Assembly (NCBI GenBank): GCA_035499005.1
Contig: DATJZQ010000013.1
Span: 12,504 to 76,503 of the forward strand
Source of the DNA: Burkholderiales bacterium
GTDB taxonomy: Bacteria > Pseudomonadota > Gammaproteobacteria > Burkholderiales > SHXO01
Direction: 5' to 3'
Length of the DNA: 64,000 nucleotides
The notes below the pieces were generated by a model. The model did not search any database. It had not been told where the DNA came from and worked only from the letters and a program-made list of their open reading frames with translations. The first letter of the stretch is position 1. Each line of letters starts with the position of its first letter. A program made the position numbers and the translations under genes. This document shows, one piece after another, positions 1 through 11,225 of the stretch.

Positions 1-169
<169 letters not shown>

Positions 170-191
170 GGCCGCTCGCCTACCCGCAGAA

Positions 192-1406
192 TCAGGCAGG
201 CAGCACGTTCAATATCTCGTAGCACGCGCCCATGGTGTGATAGTCGGTCTTGCCGGCCGGGCTCTTCTCGTCGCTGTACTTGCGGTTGTCTCGGCTGAGC
301 ACCCGATACCAGGCGCCATACTCGTGGTCAACGAAGTGAATCCACGAGTGGCGCCAGATCCGCTCGTACCAATCCCAATATTTTGGCGCCCCGCTGCGCT
401 GTGCGAGCAAAGCCGCCGCGGCCAGCGATTCCGCCTGGACCCAGAAGTATTTGTCGCCGTCGCAGATGCTGCCGTCGGGCGCGAAGCCGTAGCAGATGCC
501 GCCGAACTGTGCGTCCCAGGCGCGCGCCAGAGCGGCATCGAACAGGTCGAGCGCACGCGGCAACAGCCAGCCGCTGTCCGCCGCGAGCCGAGCACTGTGT
601 CGCTCGAGGATCAACAGCAGCTTGGCCCATTCGGTCAGATGTCCAGGCTGATAGCCCCACGGACGGAAGATGTTGGTCTTGTCCCCCCGGTTGTAGTCCC
701 AGTCGACCGACCAATCGTCGTGGTAGTGCTCCCACACGAGGCCATTCGCTAACGCGGCCTGACGCACAACGACGTTGTGTGCGACGGTTGCCGCGCGATC
801 GAGATAGCGCCGTTCATCCGTCACCTCGAACGCCGCCAGCAGCGCTTCACAGGCGTGCATGTTGGCATTTTGCCCGCGGTAGGGTGCGAGCTGCGCCCAG
901 TTCGCGCTCGCCTCATCGGCGTACAGGCCGTGGGGAGGACTCCAGAATCGGTGCTCCATCAGATCGAACGTCTCGGCCAGATGCTCGCGGGTTTCGCTCA
1001 CACCGGCCTGAAGGGCGTGTGCATATGCGAGCAGCACGAAGGCGAGCCCGTAGCAATGATTCGTGCCGTCGATCACAGCGCCATCGCTCAGCAGCCACGC
1101 GTAGCCGCCGGTGTCCGGATTGCGGTGAGCCTCGCGCAGGTAGGTCACGCCGTGATTCACCGCATCGAGATAGTCCGGCTGGCGGAAGTGGCGGTACGCC
1201 ATCGCGTAGTTGAATACGAAGCGCGTGCTGCTGACAAGATGGCGAATGCGCGCATCGTAGATCGTTCCGTCGTCCTTGAAGAAGTGATAGAAGCCGCCGC
1301 GCGGGTCGATGGCGCGCGGGTGATAGAAGGCCATCGTGCGCTGGACGTGATCGAGCAGGAACGCGCGGCTGCGAAAGTCCGGAAAGGACTCGCCGCCAGT
1401 GCTCAT
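192..1406 (-). CDS. AGE-family epimerase/isomerase (N-acylglucosamine 2-epimerase-like)
   Basis: Track ORF 192-1529 trimmed to the internal ATG at 1404-1406, which forms an ATGA overlap with the upstream kinase stop. Family-like segments: GGFYHFFKDDG, HCYGLAFVLLAYA, NANMHACEALLAAFE, PGHLTEWAKLL. Confidence 0.7.
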   Translation of the reverse strand: MSTGGESFPDFRSRAFLLDHVQRTMAFYHPRAIDPRGGFYHFFKDDGTIYDARIRHLVSSTRFVFNYAMAYRHFRQPDYLDAVNHGVTYLREAHRNPDTGGYAWLLSDGAVIDGTNHCYGLAFVLLAYAHALQAGVSETREHLAETFDLMEHRFWSPPHGLYADEASANWAQLAPYRGQNANMHACEALLAAFEVTDERRYLDRAATVAHNVVVRQAALANGLVWEHYHDDWSVDWDYNRGDKTNIFRPWGYQPGHLTEWAKLLLILERHSARLAADSGWLLPRALDLFDAALARAWDAQFGGICYGFAPDGSICDGDKYFWVQAESLAAAALLAQRSGAPKYWDWYERIWRHSWIHFVDHEYGAWYRVLSRDNRKYSDEKSPAGKTDYHTMGACYEILNVLPA

Positions 1407-2326
1407 CGGCGCGCTGGCTCCATAGTCGCCAGCACGCGCTCGACCAGCGCGAGCGGCGGCGGAGCTGCTCCCGCCTGCAGGCACGCGGCCGCGCCGGTGG
1501 CCACCGAGAAGCGCAGATGCTCCGCCCATCCAGAACCGGGGGCGCTCATCAGGCTGTACAGGAATCCACCGATGCTCGCGTCGCCGGCACCAACCGTGTC
1601 CACCACCTCGATCACCGGGGGTTGTTGTGCCAACCTGCAGTCGGGGAGATGGAGTTCGGCGCCATCGGCGCCGCGCGTGAGCAGAATCGGCACAATTGGA
1701 TTGATGGCACGCAGGCTTGCCAACCCCCGTGCTGGATCCGCTGTGCGAAACAGGCCGACCAGATCTTCGTCCGACACTTTGATGACATCCGCCTGCTGCG
1801 CGAGGTGACGCAGCGTCTCGTCATACGCTTCACTCATGACGTTGCGGAAGTTGGGATCGTAGCTCACGCGCTTGCCCGCGGCCTTCACGTCGTTGAGCAT
1901 GCGCAGCAGCCGGTTTCGCAATGGCTCCCGCGTCAGACTGATGCTGCCGAAGTGTACCCATTCGACGTGTTCGATCCAGCCGCCGGGCAACCGCCCGGGA
2001 TCGAACGCGAGGTCGGCGCTGTCCTCTCCGATGAAAAAATATTGCGGCGGCGACGCCTCGTGCACGATGGCGAGCAGCGGCGGCTTCGCGGAGCGCTGAG
2101 TGAAACGCAGATCCAACCCGGCCGCATCGCTCAGCGCTGTCAGCTCGTCGCCGAAGCGGTCGAGGCTCACGCTTCCGGCAAAGGCGCTGGGAAGGCCCAG
2201 GGTCGCAACGACGCGTGCCACATTCCAATCGGCCCCCCCGGCACGCGACAGCCAGCGGTCCGGACCCGTGCGGATGAAGTCGGTCAGCGCCTCACCGGCG
2301 CTGACGAAGCGGGGCCATCGGTCCAC
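1403..2326 (-). CDS. PfkB-family carbohydrate kinase (fructokinase-like)
   Basis: 307 aa with GTG start. PfkB signature DTVGAGDASIGGF near the C-terminus and N-terminal GEALTDFI. Overlaps the downstream epimerase by 4 nt. Confidence 0.8.
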   Translation of the reverse strand: MDRWPRFVSAGEALTDFIRTGPDRWLSRAGGADWNVARVVATLGLPSAFAGSVSLDRFGDELTALSDAAGLDLRFTQRSAKPPLLAIVHEASPPQYFFIGEDSADLAFDPGRLPGGWIEHVEWVHFGSISLTREPLRNRLLRMLNDVKAAGKRVSYDPNFRNVMSEAYDETLRHLAQQADVIKVSDEDLVGLFRTADPARGLASLRAINPIVPILLTRGADGAELHLPDCRLAQQPPVIEVVDTVGAGDASIGGFLYSLMSAPGSGWAEHLRFSVATGAAACLQAGAAPPPLALVERVLATMEPARR

Positions 2327-2369
2327 TCATGCACCTCGTGAAGCCATGCTTTCAGTACGATCTCGACTG

Positions 2370-3077
2370 CTACTCGCCCAGGTAGGCCTGCCGCACCTGC
2401 GGGTCGTCCAGCAGGGTGGCGGACGCGGCAGCGAGAGTGATCAGCCCGCTTTCCATGACGTAGCCGCGGCTGCTCACCTCCAGCGCCAACTTCGCATTTT
2501 GCTCCACCAGGAGGACGGTGACGCCCTCCGCAGCGACCTTCCGGATCGTCTCGAAAATTCGCTGCACCATGAGCGGCGCGAGGCCCATGCTCGGCTCGTC
2601 GAGAAGCAGCAGCCGGGGTGCGCTCATCAGCGCACGGCCGATCGCGAGCATTTGCTGCTCGCCGCCCGACAGTGTCCCCGCGGTCTGGCGCCGCCGTTCG
2701 TGCAAGCGCGGGAACAGCCGGTAGATGCGCTGCAGGTCGGGCTTGATGCCTTGATCCCGCCGCGCGTAGGCGCCCATTTCAAGATTTTCCTCGGTGGTCA
2801 AACGGCCGAACACCTGACGCCCCTCCGGCACCAGGGCCAGGCCGCGCTCGACCAGCGCGTAGGAGGGTGCGCGCGTCACATCCTCGCCGCGGTAGTGGAC
2901 GCGCCCGGCCGCCGGAGCGAGCAGACCGCAGATGGCCTTGAGCGTTGTCGTCTTGCCTGCGCCGTTGGCACCGATCAAGGCGACCATCTCACCCTCCTGC
3001 ACGGCGAGGTCGATGCCCTTCACGGCATTGATGCCGCCATAGGAAATCTTCAGCCCCTTGAGCTCGAGGAGGCTCAT
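2370..3077 (-). CDS. livF: Branched-chain amino acid ABC transporter ATP-binding protein LivF
   Basis: Trimmed to MSLLELKGLKISYGG (ATG 3075-3077, ATGA overlap with livG stop). Walker A GANGAGKTT, signature LSGGEQQ, Walker B LLLLDEPS. Confidence 0.9.
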   Translation of the reverse strand: MSLLELKGLKISYGGINAVKGIDLAVQEGEMVALIGANGAGKTTTLKAICGLLAPAAGRVHYRGEDVTRAPSYALVERGLALVPEGRQVFGRLTTEENLEMGAYARRDQGIKPDLQRIYRLFPRLHERRRQTAGTLSGGEQQMLAIGRALMSAPRLLLLDEPSMGLAPLMVQRIFETIRKVAAEGVTVLLVEQNAKLALEVSSRGYVMESGLITLAAASATLLDDPQVRQAYLGE

Positions 3078-3838
3078 GGCAGCGCTCCGCCCAGATACGC
3101 TTCGATGACCGCAGGATCGCGCTGCACGGCGCCCGGCGCGCCCTCGGCAATCTTCTTGCCATAGTCCAGTACCGCGACACGGTCGCACAGCCCCATCACG
3201 AGCCTGACGTCATGCTCGATCAGCAGAATGGTGATGCCGTCGCCACGGATGCGCTCGAGCAACCCGCGCAGCGCTCGCGTTTCCGTGGCGTTCATCCCCG
3301 CCGCCGGCTCGTCGAGCGCGAGCAGCTTGGGATCCGTGGCGAGCGCGCGCGCGATCTCGAGGCGGCGCTGGTCGCCGTAGGCGAGATTCTTCGCGAGCGC
3401 GTGCGCGTGGCGCACGACGCCGACATAGTCCAGCAGCTCGTGCGACCGCTTCTGGATCGCCGCCTCTTCTGCAAGCGTTGCTCGATCTCGCAGCACGGCA
3501 CCCAGAGCGCCCGCGCGACCACGCAGATGCCGTCCCACCATCACGTTCTCGACCGCCGTCATGTTGGCGAACAGCCGGATGTTCTGAAACGTGCGGGCCA
3601 TCCCCGCCTCGACCACGTGGTTCGCCTTCTTTCCGGTCACGTTGATGCTGTTGAACAACACCGCGCCTGCGTCCGGCTTATAGAGGCCGGTGAGCACGTT
3701 GAAGAGCGTCGTCTTGCCCGCGCCGTTTGGCCCGATCAACCCGAAGATCTCGCCTGGCTCGATGGCGAGCGATACAGCGTTCAGGGCCTGCAGGCCGCCG
3801 AACGACTTGCTGATTTTGCGCGCTTCCAGCAGCGGCAT
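3074..3838 (-). CDS. livG: Branched-chain amino acid ABC transporter ATP-binding protein LivG
   Basis: 254 aa. Walker A GPNGAGKTT, LAYGDQRRLEIARAL, LLALDEPAAGM. Confidence 0.9.
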   Translation of the reverse strand: MPLLEARKISKSFGGLQALNAVSLAIEPGEIFGLIGPNGAGKTTLFNVLTGLYKPDAGAVLFNSINVTGKKANHVVEAGMARTFQNIRLFANMTAVENVMVGRHLRGRAGALGAVLRDRATLAEEAAIQKRSHELLDYVGVVRHAHALAKNLAYGDQRRLEIARALATDPKLLALDEPAAGMNATETRALRGLLERIRGDGITILLIEHDVRLVMGLCDRVAVLDYGKKIAEGAPGAVQRDPAVIEAYLGGALP

Positions 3839-3850
3839 GCGGTGGACGCG

Positions 3851-4957
3851 TCAAACCGCGCCGGGCGCGTGCGCCGAGGTGAGCTCGCGGCGGCGCGTGG
3901 GCGAAGGCCACAGCCCGGCGGGCCGCAGCAGCATCACCAGGATCAGAGCCAGACCGAACAGCAGCATGCGCAGGCTCTCTGGGTCGAGGATCACTTTTCC
4001 GAACAGCTGCTGCTGCATCGGGGCGGCGGTGTGTCGCAGCAGCTCGGGCAGTGTCGCCAACGTCAGGGCTCCGAGCACGACTCCGGCCACGTGCCCCATC
4101 CCGCCGAGCACCACCATGCAAAGGACTGTAATCGACTCCCACACGACGAAGCTCTCCGGGCTCACGAAGCCCTGCAGGCTGGAGAACAAACCGCCGGCCA
4201 CGCCACCGAAAGTGGCGCCCATGGCGAAGGCGAGCAGCTTGACGTTGCGGGTGTTGATCCCCATCGCCAGCGCCGCGATTTCGTCCTCGCGGATCGCGAC
4301 CCAGGCGCGCCCGAGGCGCGAATCCTCCAGACGGATGCAGACGAACATCACCAGCACAGTGAGTACCAAGAATAGATAGTAGTGCAGATGCGTCCCGGGA
4401 AAGGAGATGCCGAGCAGAGAGTTGGTGCGCCCGAAAGATACGCCCGCGATGTCGATCGGGTCGATCAGGTTGACCCCCTGCGGGCCGTTGGTGATGTTGA
4501 TCGGCGCGTTGAGGTTGTTCAAAAAAATGCGGATGATCTCGCCGAAGCCCAAGGTCACGATGGCGAGATAGTCGCCGCGCAACCGCAGCGTCGGCGCGCC
4601 CAGCACCACGCCGAAGAAAGCGGCCAGCACGGCACCCGCCGGCAGCAGCACCCACCAGGGTAGATGCAGGCCGAAGTGCGGCGAGGCGAGCAGCGCGTAC
4701 GTGTAGGCGCCCACGGCGTAAAACGCGATGTAGCCCAAATCGAGCAGCCCGGCAAAGCCGACCACGATGTTGAGGCCCAGCGCGAGCATGGTGTACAGCA
4801 GCGCGAGGTCGATGACGCGCACCCAGGTGCGCCCGACCGACGCATCCAGCACAAACGGCAGCACGGCGAGCGCTACGCCACTCGACAGCAGACCGAGCCA
4901 CTTTGCGCGGCGGTCGTGCCGCAACCAATGTGCAAGCTCACGCCATCTCGCGCTCAT
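3851..4957 (-). CDS. livM: Branched-chain amino acid ABC transporter permease LivM
   Basis: Track ORF 3851-5644 trimmed to MSARWREL (ATG 4955-4957, ATGA overlap with livH stop at 4954). Polytopic membrane protein with LivM-like LDLGYIAFYAVGAY. Confidence 0.85.
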   Translation of the reverse strand: MSARWRELAHWLRHDRRAKWLGLLSSGVALAVLPFVLDASVGRTWVRVIDLALLYTMLALGLNIVVGFAGLLDLGYIAFYAVGAYTYALLASPHFGLHLPWWVLLPAGAVLAAFFGVVLGAPTLRLRGDYLAIVTLGFGEIIRIFLNNLNAPINITNGPQGVNLIDPIDIAGVSFGRTNSLLGISFPGTHLHYYLFLVLTVLVMFVCIRLEDSRLGRAWVAIREDEIAALAMGINTRNVKLLAFAMGATFGGVAGGLFSSLQGFVSPESFVVWESITVLCMVVLGGMGHVAGVVLGALTLATLPELLRHTAAPMQQQLFGKVILDPESLRMLLFGLALILVMLLRPAGLWPSPTRRRELTSAHAPGAV

Positions 4958-5883
4958 GCGCGCTCCGATAGCCGCTCGCCCAGCAGACCGGTGGGGCGAA
5001 ACACGAGGACCATGATCAGCACGAGAAAGGCGAACACGTCCTGGTAGTGGCTGCCGAGGAAGCCGCCGGTGAGATCGCCGATGTAGCCAGCGCCCAGGCT
5101 TTCGATCAAACCCAACAGCAGACCCCCGACCATCGCGCCCGGCAGATTGCCGATGCCGCCCAGCACCGCGGCAGTGAACGCTTTCAATCCGAGCACGAAC
5201 CCCATGTAATAGTGAGCGACGCCGTAATTGCTGCTCACCAGCACCCCGGCCACCGCGGCCAGCGCCGAGCCAATCATGAACGTGGCCGAGATGATGCGGT
5301 TGATGTTCACACCCATGAGACCCGCCACCACCGGATTCTCGGCGGTGGCTCGCATCGCGCGGCCCAGTCGAGTGAAGTGCACCAGCCCCATGAGTCCGGC
5401 CATGATCAGCGCCGACACCACGATGATGAGAATCTGCACGTTCGTGATGGTGGCGCCGGCCACAGCGTGCGGTGTGGGCGGGATGAGCGCCGGCACCGTG
5501 TGGTAGCGCCGCCCCCAGATCAGCATGGCGAGAGTCTGCAGCAGGATCGACACCCCGATGGCCGTGATCAGAGGTGCGAGGCGTGGGGCGCGCCGCAGCG
5601 GGCGGTAAGCGATGCGCTCGATGGAGAAGCCCAGCGCCATGCACACGCCGATGGCCACCACCAGCGCGACCACACCCAGCAGCGGCGCCGGCAGACCGAG
5701 GTTGGTGCCCAGCAGCAGCTCCACCACCGACAGCGACACCAGCGCGCCCACCATCACCACCTCGCCGTGGGCGAAATTGATCAAGCCGAGAATGCCGTAA
5801 ACCATCGTGTAGCCCAACGCCACCAGGGCGTACACGCTGCCCAGCACCAGCCCGTTCAGGATCTGCTGGAGAAAGATGTCCAT
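4954..5883 (-). CDS. livH: Branched-chain amino acid ABC transporter permease LivH
   Basis: 309 aa. N-terminus MDIFLQQILNGLVLGSVYALVALGYTMVYG is the classic LivH start. Confidence 0.9.
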   Translation of the reverse strand: MDIFLQQILNGLVLGSVYALVALGYTMVYGILGLINFAHGEVVMVGALVSLSVVELLLGTNLGLPAPLLGVVALVVAIGVCMALGFSIERIAYRPLRRAPRLAPLITAIGVSILLQTLAMLIWGRRYHTVPALIPPTPHAVAGATITNVQILIIVVSALIMAGLMGLVHFTRLGRAMRATAENPVVAGLMGVNINRIISATFMIGSALAAVAGVLVSSNYGVAHYYMGFVLGLKAFTAAVLGGIGNLPGAMVGGLLLGLIESLGAGYIGDLTGGFLGSHYQDVFAFLVLIMVLVFRPTGLLGERLSERA

Positions 5884-5952
5884 GAAAAACGGCGCCGGAG
5901 GCGCCGTTCGTGACTCGACCCGCGCGGGTAGGCGGTGTTCAACGCCGGCCGC

Positions 5953-7110
5953 TCAGCCGCCGACGGTGTCGAGATACTCCCACTTCCCGCCCTTCGCTTG
6001 ATAGAGGCTGATGCTGCCGCCCTTGATGTCGCCGTTCTCATCAAATGCAACGTTGCCGGTGACGCCCTGGTAGCTGATGCCGGCAAGGATCGGCAGATAC
6101 TTGGCGGGATCGGTCGAATCGGCCTTCTTCATCGCTTCGAGCAGGACGTTGGCAGCGTCGTACGCGTACGGAGCGTATAGCTGGATCTCGATGTTGAACT
6201 TGGCCTTGTACTTTTCAGCAAACGCTTTGCCGCCCGGCATCTTGTCCAGCGGCACGCCAGGCGAAGACGCGTAGGCGCCTTCGGCGGCATCACCAGCGAG
6301 CTTCAGGAACTCGGCCGTCTGCCCGCCGTCGCCGGTGAGGAACTTCGCGCCAATCCCGAGATTCTTGATCTGCTTCATCATCGGCCCGGACTGCGAGTCC
6401 ATCCCGCCATAGAAGATCAGATCAGGATTCTTGCCCTTGATGCTGGTGAGAATGGCGTTGAAGTCGGTCTTGTCGGTGCCGGTGAACTCCCGCGTCACAA
6501 CCTGGCCGCCGGCAGCCTTCGCCGCTTTCTCGAATTCGTCCGCCAGACCCTGACCGTAAGCGCTGCGGTCGTCGATGATGGCGATATTCTTCGCACCGAG
6601 CTTGTGTACGGCGTAATCGCCCAGCACCTTGCCTTGCTGCGCGTCGTTCGCCATCACGCGAAACGCGGTCTTGAATCCCTGGTGCGTGTACGTGACGTTG
6701 GTCGCGGAGGGTGAAATCTGCGCGATGCCGGCATCGTGATAGATCTTCGAAGCCGGAATGGTGGTGCCCGAATTGAGGTGCCCGATCACGCCGGCCACCT
6801 TGGCGTCCACCAGCTTCTGCGCGACGATCGGGCCCTGCTTGGGATCGGCCTGGTCGTCTTCGCTTTGCATCGCGAACGTGGCCTTCTTGCCGCCGAGCAT
6901 GATGTTGGCGGCGTTGGCCTCGTCCAGCGCCAGGCGCACGCCGTTCTCGTTGTCCTTGCCCAGGTGAGCGACCGGGCCAGTCAGCGGCCCGGCATGACCG
7001 ATCTTGATCGCCTCGTCCTTCTTGCCGCAGCCCGAAAGCACGAGAGCCAGCGCCGCTGCCGCGCCTACAACCGCCGTCTTCAGATGGACTGACAGATCCC
7101 CCTCTTTCAT
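5953..7110 (-). CDS. Branched-chain amino acid ABC transporter substrate-binding lipoprotein (LivJ/K-like)
   Basis: 385 aa. Signal peptide with lipobox LSGC, type-I periplasmic binding fold segments (IKIGHAGPLTGP..., VAGVIGHLNSG). Sits at the head of the liv operon. GAGGA precedes the ATG. Confidence 0.85.
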   Translation of the reverse strand: MKEGDLSVHLKTAVVGAAAALALVLSGCGKKDEAIKIGHAGPLTGPVAHLGKDNENGVRLALDEANAANIMLGGKKATFAMQSEDDQADPKQGPIVAQKLVDAKVAGVIGHLNSGTTIPASKIYHDAGIAQISPSATNVTYTHQGFKTAFRVMANDAQQGKVLGDYAVHKLGAKNIAIIDDRSAYGQGLADEFEKAAKAAGGQVVTREFTGTDKTDFNAILTSIKGKNPDLIFYGGMDSQSGPMMKQIKNLGIGAKFLTGDGGQTAEFLKLAGDAAEGAYASSPGVPLDKMPGGKAFAEKYKAKFNIEIQLYAPYAYDAANVLLEAMKKADSTDPAKYLPILAGISYQGVTGNVAFDENGDIKGGSISLYQAKGGKWEYLDTVGG

Positions 7111-7224
7111 GGTGTTGTCCTCGAGAAAAAATGCGGGTCGGTCAAACGGGCGGATTATTCCGCCTCGTCAACGAGTTGTCAAACCGAGCCGGGCGTCTTC
7201 GCCAAGTGGAGCCTGGGCGCTCGC

Positions 7225-7257
7225 CAAAAGAAAAGAGCCGGCGCTCGGCCGGCTCTC
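7225..7257 (-). terminator. Rho-independent terminator downstream of the cytochrome c gene
   Basis: Plus strand AGAGCCGGC (7234-7242) / GCCGGCTCT (7248-7256), 9-bp GC-rich stem with a 5-nt loop. On the minus strand the stem is followed by TTTTCTTTT (A-run 7225-7233 on plus). Confidence 0.65.
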
Positions 7258-7278
7258 TTCACAACTTGTCTCTGGCGA

Positions 7279-7605
7279 CTACTGCAGCGACAGAACCCAC
7301 TCCACGATGGTCTGGGCATCGGCATCGGGGATGTTGTTGGGCGGCATGGGAATCGGGCCCCATACGCCGCTGCCGCCGGCCTTGACCTTGGCGACGAGCT
7401 TCGCTTCTGCACCCTTGTCGCCCTTGTACTTCTTGGCGACTTCGTCGTAGGCGGGGCCCACGAGCTTCTTGTCCACGGCGTGGCACGTCAGACAGTTGTA
7501 CTTCTGGGCCAGCTGTTTGGCTTTCGCAGCGTCCGGGGCGGCATTTGCACCGCCGAAGACCACCGCACAACCCAAGGCGACGCCAGCGATCAAAATCCGT
7601 CTCAT
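7279..7605 (-). CDS. Cytochrome c551/c8-family monohaem cytochrome
   Basis: 108 aa with signal peptide and haem motif CLTCH. VGPAYDEVAKKY and GVWGPIPMPPN closely resemble Pseudomonas cytochrome c-551. Confidence 0.85.
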   Translation of the reverse strand: MRRILIAGVALGCAVVFGGANAAPDAAKAKQLAQKYNCLTCHAVDKKLVGPAYDEVAKKYKGDKGAEAKLVAKVKAGGSGVWGPIPMPPNNIPDADAQTIVEWVLSLQ

Positions 7606-7693
7606 CGGGAAATCCCCTTCATTAGTTCGGGTTTAGCGAAGCGAGCGCAATTCTAAAGGCTTTTGCTGGCCTTGGAAACTCGCACCAACCGGC

Positions 7694-9739
7694 TCATGTG
7701 GCGCGCAGCGCCTGCTCCAGCGCGGCCACCTGCTGTATCGGCGGCAGACATTCAACGCCCCGGCATACCCAGGCGTTGACGCCCGCCCGCGCGGGCTTGT
7801 CCATTGCAGCGGGTAGACCGGCGATACCATCGGGCAACGCGATCAACAGGGTCGAAGGTGCGTAGCGCTGCGCCAACCCCGCTTGCTCCTGCCAACGCGC
7901 AAGCTCGCGGGCTTCTCCGCGAAGAATGACGGTAGTCGGCGGCGCAACATGCTCCGCTAGCGCCACGCACAAGGTTGCGAACGCGCTGGGCTGTTCTCGC
8001 ATCTGCCCGGCAAACAAGCGCAGCGTGCGTTCGGCTGCCGTGAGATAGCGCGGCTCCCCAACCAGGTGAGCGAGCCGCTGCAGAGCGAGCGCGGCCATGC
8101 CGTTGCCCGAAGGCGCTGCGCCGTCCGGCCCGGGTTTGGGGCGCAGAATAAGCGCCTCGTGGTCGCGGCTGGTGAAAAAGAAGCCGCCGTCCGCGCGATC
8201 CTCGAAACCCTCGACTAACGCGTCCGCCACCGCGAGCGCGAAGCGCAGATCCTCGGCGCGGAATTCGGCTTGCATCAACTCCAGCGTCGCCGCGAGAAGG
8301 AAGGCGTGATCGTCGAGGTAAGCGTTGAGGTGCGCGCGGTCATCCTTGTAGGTCGCCAGCAGGCGTCCGTCACGCCACAGCGTCGCGCGAAGAAAATCCA
8401 GCGCACGGCGGGCCGACGCGACCCAGTCTTCGCGTCCGAACACACGACCGGCGTGGGCCATCCCCTCGATCATGAGCGCGTTCCACGACGTCAGGATCTT
8501 CTCGTCGCGCCCCGGGCGCACCCGCCGTTCGCGCCCTGCGAACAGCTTTGCTCGAGCCCGCGCAAGCAGGCTCTCGGCCGCATTCAACGACAGTCCGAGC
8601 GACGCTGCAGTCTGCTCCAGCGGCTGTGCGATATACAGATGCCAGTGCTCGCCTTCGAAGTTGGGAGCGCGCGTCAAGCCGAAATGCGCGCTCGCCACTA
8701 CGTACTCGTCCTCGTCGAGCACGCGTGCCGCCTCTTCCCGGCTCCACACGTAGTATTTGCCTTCCACGTGCTCCGAGTCGGCGTCGAGCGACGAGTAGTA
8801 GCCGCCTTCCGGCGACTGCATCTCGCGCATCACCCACGCAGCAGTCTGCCCGGTCACACGATGGAACAACTCATCCCGGGTCACGAGCCAGGCATCGGTG
8901 TACAACCGCAGCAGCGGCCCGTTGTCGTACAGCATCTTCTCGAAGTGCGGGATCATCCAGCGCTCGTCCACGCTGTAGCGGCAGAATCCGCCGCCGAGCT
9001 GGTCGTAGATGCCGCCCTCGGCCATCTTGCGCAACGTGACGAGTGCGACCTGGCGTGCGGCCTCATCGGCGTCCAGCACGCCGCGCCTCAAGGCCAAATC
9101 CAGCTCGGCGGGATGCGGAAATTTTGGCGCGCCGCCCAAACCTCCGTGCACCGGATCGAACATGCGCTTGAGCTCGGCCAGCGCAGCTGACATTGGTGCG
9201 CTGTCGAGCACCGCTTGTGTCGAGGGTGCCTGCGGAACCGTTTTCCCCAGCAGAGAAACGAGCTCCGCATTCTGCGCGGCAATCGCCTCGCCCTGTTCTC
9301 GGTAGATCGCGGCCACTCGCTCGAGCAGGTCGCCGAAGCCGGGCAGGTTGTAGCGCGCGGTCTTGGGAAAGTAGGTGCCGCCGAAGAACGGCCGCTGATC
9401 GGGCGTGAGGAACATCGTCAGCGGCCAGCCGCCGCCGCGCCGAGTAAGCATCTGATGAGCGGTCTGGTAGATCTGATCGATGTCGGGCCGCTCCTCCCGA
9501 TCGACCTTGATGCTGACGAACAGGCGATTCATCGTCGCCGCGATGGTCGAGTCTTCGAAGGACTCGTGCGCCATCACGTGACACCAGTGGCACGCGGAGT
9601 AACCGATCGACAACAAGATAGGCTTGTCTTGCTCGCGCGCAAGCCGTAGCGCTTCCTCGCCCCATGGATACCAATCCACGGGGTTGTCCGCATGCTGCTG
9701 CAGATAAGGGCTGGTCTGCTGCGCGAGTCGGTTGGGCAT
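7694..9739 (-). CDS. Thioredoxin-domain protein, YyaL/DUF255 family (N-terminal thioredoxin fold plus six-hairpin domain)
   Basis: Trimmed to [27 protein letters not shown] (ATG 9737-9739). Contains [13 protein letters not shown], typical of the DUF255/SPATA20-like family. Confidence 0.8.
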   Translation of the reverse strand: MPNRLAQQTSPYLQQHADNPVDWYPWGEEALRLAREQDKPILLSIGYSACHWCHVMAHESFEDSTIAATMNRLFVSIKVDREERPDIDQIYQTAHQMLTRRGGGWPLTMFLTPDQRPFFGGTYFPKTARYNLPGFGDLLERVAAIYREQGEAIAAQNAELVSLLGKTVPQAPSTQAVLDSAPMSAALAELKRMFDPVHGGLGGAPKFPHPAELDLALRRGVLDADEAARQVALVTLRKMAEGGIYDQLGGGFCRYSVDERWMIPHFEKMLYDNGPLLRLYTDAWLVTRDELFHRVTGQTAAWVMREMQSPEGGYYSSLDADSEHVEGKYYVWSREEAARVLDEDEYVVASAHFGLTRAPNFEGEHWHLYIAQPLEQTAASLGLSLNAAESLLARARAKLFAGRERRVRPGRDEKILTSWNALMIEGMAHAGRVFGREDWVASARRALDFLRATLWRDGRLLATYKDDRAHLNAYLDDHAFLLAATLELMQAEFRAEDLRFALAVADALVEGFEDRADGGFFFTSRDHEALILRPKPGPDGAAPSGNGMAALALQRLAHLVGEPRYLTAAERTLRLFAGQMREQPSAFATLCVALAEHVAPPTTVILRGEARELARWQEQAGLAQRYAPSTLLIALPDGIAGLPAAMDKPARAGVNAWVCRGVECLPPIQQVAALEQALRAT

Positions 9740-9761
9740 AGTCGACGCAGGTGCTGCCGTG

Positions 9762-11225
9762 TTACAAACCCAATTTGCCCCAGAGCTCATCCACCCGCGC
9801 TTTTACGTGGGGGGCCATCGCGATGACGGTGCCCCACTTGCGCGTAGTCTCTCCCGGCCACTTATTAGTAGCGTCGATGCCCAGCTTCGAGCCCAGGCCC
9901 GACACCGGGCTGGCGAAGTCGAGATAGTCGATCGGCGTGTTGTTCGCGATGATCGTGTCACGCTCGGGGTCGACGCGCGTGCTGAGCGCCCAGATCACTT
10001 CCTTCCAATCGCGCACGTCGACGTCGTCGTCCACCACGACGATGAACTTGGTGTACATGAACTGGCGCAGAAACGACCAGATGCCGAACATGACGCGCTT
10101 GGCGTGCCCGGGATATTGCTTGCGCATGCTCGCGACCGCCAGGCGATAGCTGCAAGCCTCGGGCGGCAGATAGAAGTCCACGATCTCTGGAAATTGCCGG
10201 GTGAGGAGCGGCACGAACACCTCGTTCAGCGCCACACCCAGCACTGCAGGCTCGTCCGGCGGTTTGCCCGTGTACGTGCTGTGATAGATCGGATCGCGCC
10301 GCATGCTGATGCGGTCGATGGTGAAGACCGGAAACTCCTCCTGCTCATTGTAGTAACCGGTGTGATCGCCGAACGGCCCTTCCAGTGCGACCTCGCCGGG
10401 CTGGATGTGCCCTTCCAGTACGATCTCGGCGCTCGCCGGCACCTGCAGCTCGGAACTCAGGCATTTCACCAGCTCGGTGCGCGCGCCGCGCAGAAGTCCC
10501 GCGAACTGGTATTCGCTCAACGTATCGGGTATCGGCGTGACTGCGGCGAGCATTGTCGCGGGATCGGCGCCGAGCGCCGCAGCGACCGCGAACGGCTGGT
10601 CTGGATGAGCGAGGCAATGGTCGCGGAAATCGAGCGCGCCGCCGCGCTGCGGCAGCCAGCGCATGATCACCTTGTTGCGCCCGAGCACCTGCTGGCGATA
10701 GATGCCCAGGTTCTGGCGCGCCTTGTTCGGCCCGCGCGTCACAGTCAGCGCCCAAGTGATGAGCGGGCCTGCGTCGCCTGGCCAGCAGGTCTGGATCGGC
10801 AGCCGCGACAGATCGACGTCGGCGCCTTCCCACACGATCTCCTGGCACGGCGCGCTGGAGCGCTCCTTCGGTGCCATGTCCAGCACCTTCTTCAGCACCG
10901 GCAGCTTGTCCCACGCGTCCTTGAGGCCACGCGGCGGCTCCGGTTCTTTCAGATACGCGAGCAGTTTGCCCACTTCGCGCAGGGCCTCGGCCGATTCCTC
11001 GCCCATGCCCATCGCGACGCGCCTGGGCGTCCCGAACAGATTGGCGAGCACGGGGATGCTGTAGCCCTTGGGCCTTTCGAACAGGATCGCAGGGCCGCCC
11101 TGCTTGAGACATCGATCGCAGATCTCGGTCATCTCGAGATTGGGCGAAACCTCGACCGCTGTGCGCTTGAGCTCGCCGCGCTGCTCGAGCAGACCGATGA
11201 AGGCGCGCAGGTCGTCGTAGCGCAT
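9762..11225 (-). CDS. ubiD: 4-hydroxy-3-polyprenylbenzoate decarboxylase UbiD
   Basis: 487 aa. N-terminus [21 protein letters not shown] and overall length are typical of UbiD. The start shares 1 nt with the SDR stop (TGATG). Confidence 0.9.
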   Translation of the reverse strand: MRYDDLRAFIGLLEQRGELKRTAVEVSPNLEMTEICDRCLKQGGPAILFERPKGYSIPVLANLFGTPRRVAMGMGEESAEALREVGKLLAYLKEPEPPRGLKDAWDKLPVLKKVLDMAPKERSSAPCQEIVWEGADVDLSRLPIQTCWPGDAGPLITWALTVTRGPNKARQNLGIYRQQVLGRNKVIMRWLPQRGGALDFRDHCLAHPDQPFAVAAALGADPATMLAAVTPIPDTLSEYQFAGLLRGARTELVKCLSSELQVPASAEIVLEGHIQPGEVALEGPFGDHTGYYNEQEEFPVFTIDRISMRRDPIYHSTYTGKPPDEPAVLGVALNEVFVPLLTRQFPEIVDFYLPPEACSYRLAVASMRKQYPGHAKRVMFGIWSFLRQFMYTKFIVVVDDDVDVRDWKEVIWALSTRVDPERDTIIANNTPIDYLDFASPVSGLGSKLGIDATNKWPGETTRKWGTVIAMAPHVKARVDELWGKLGL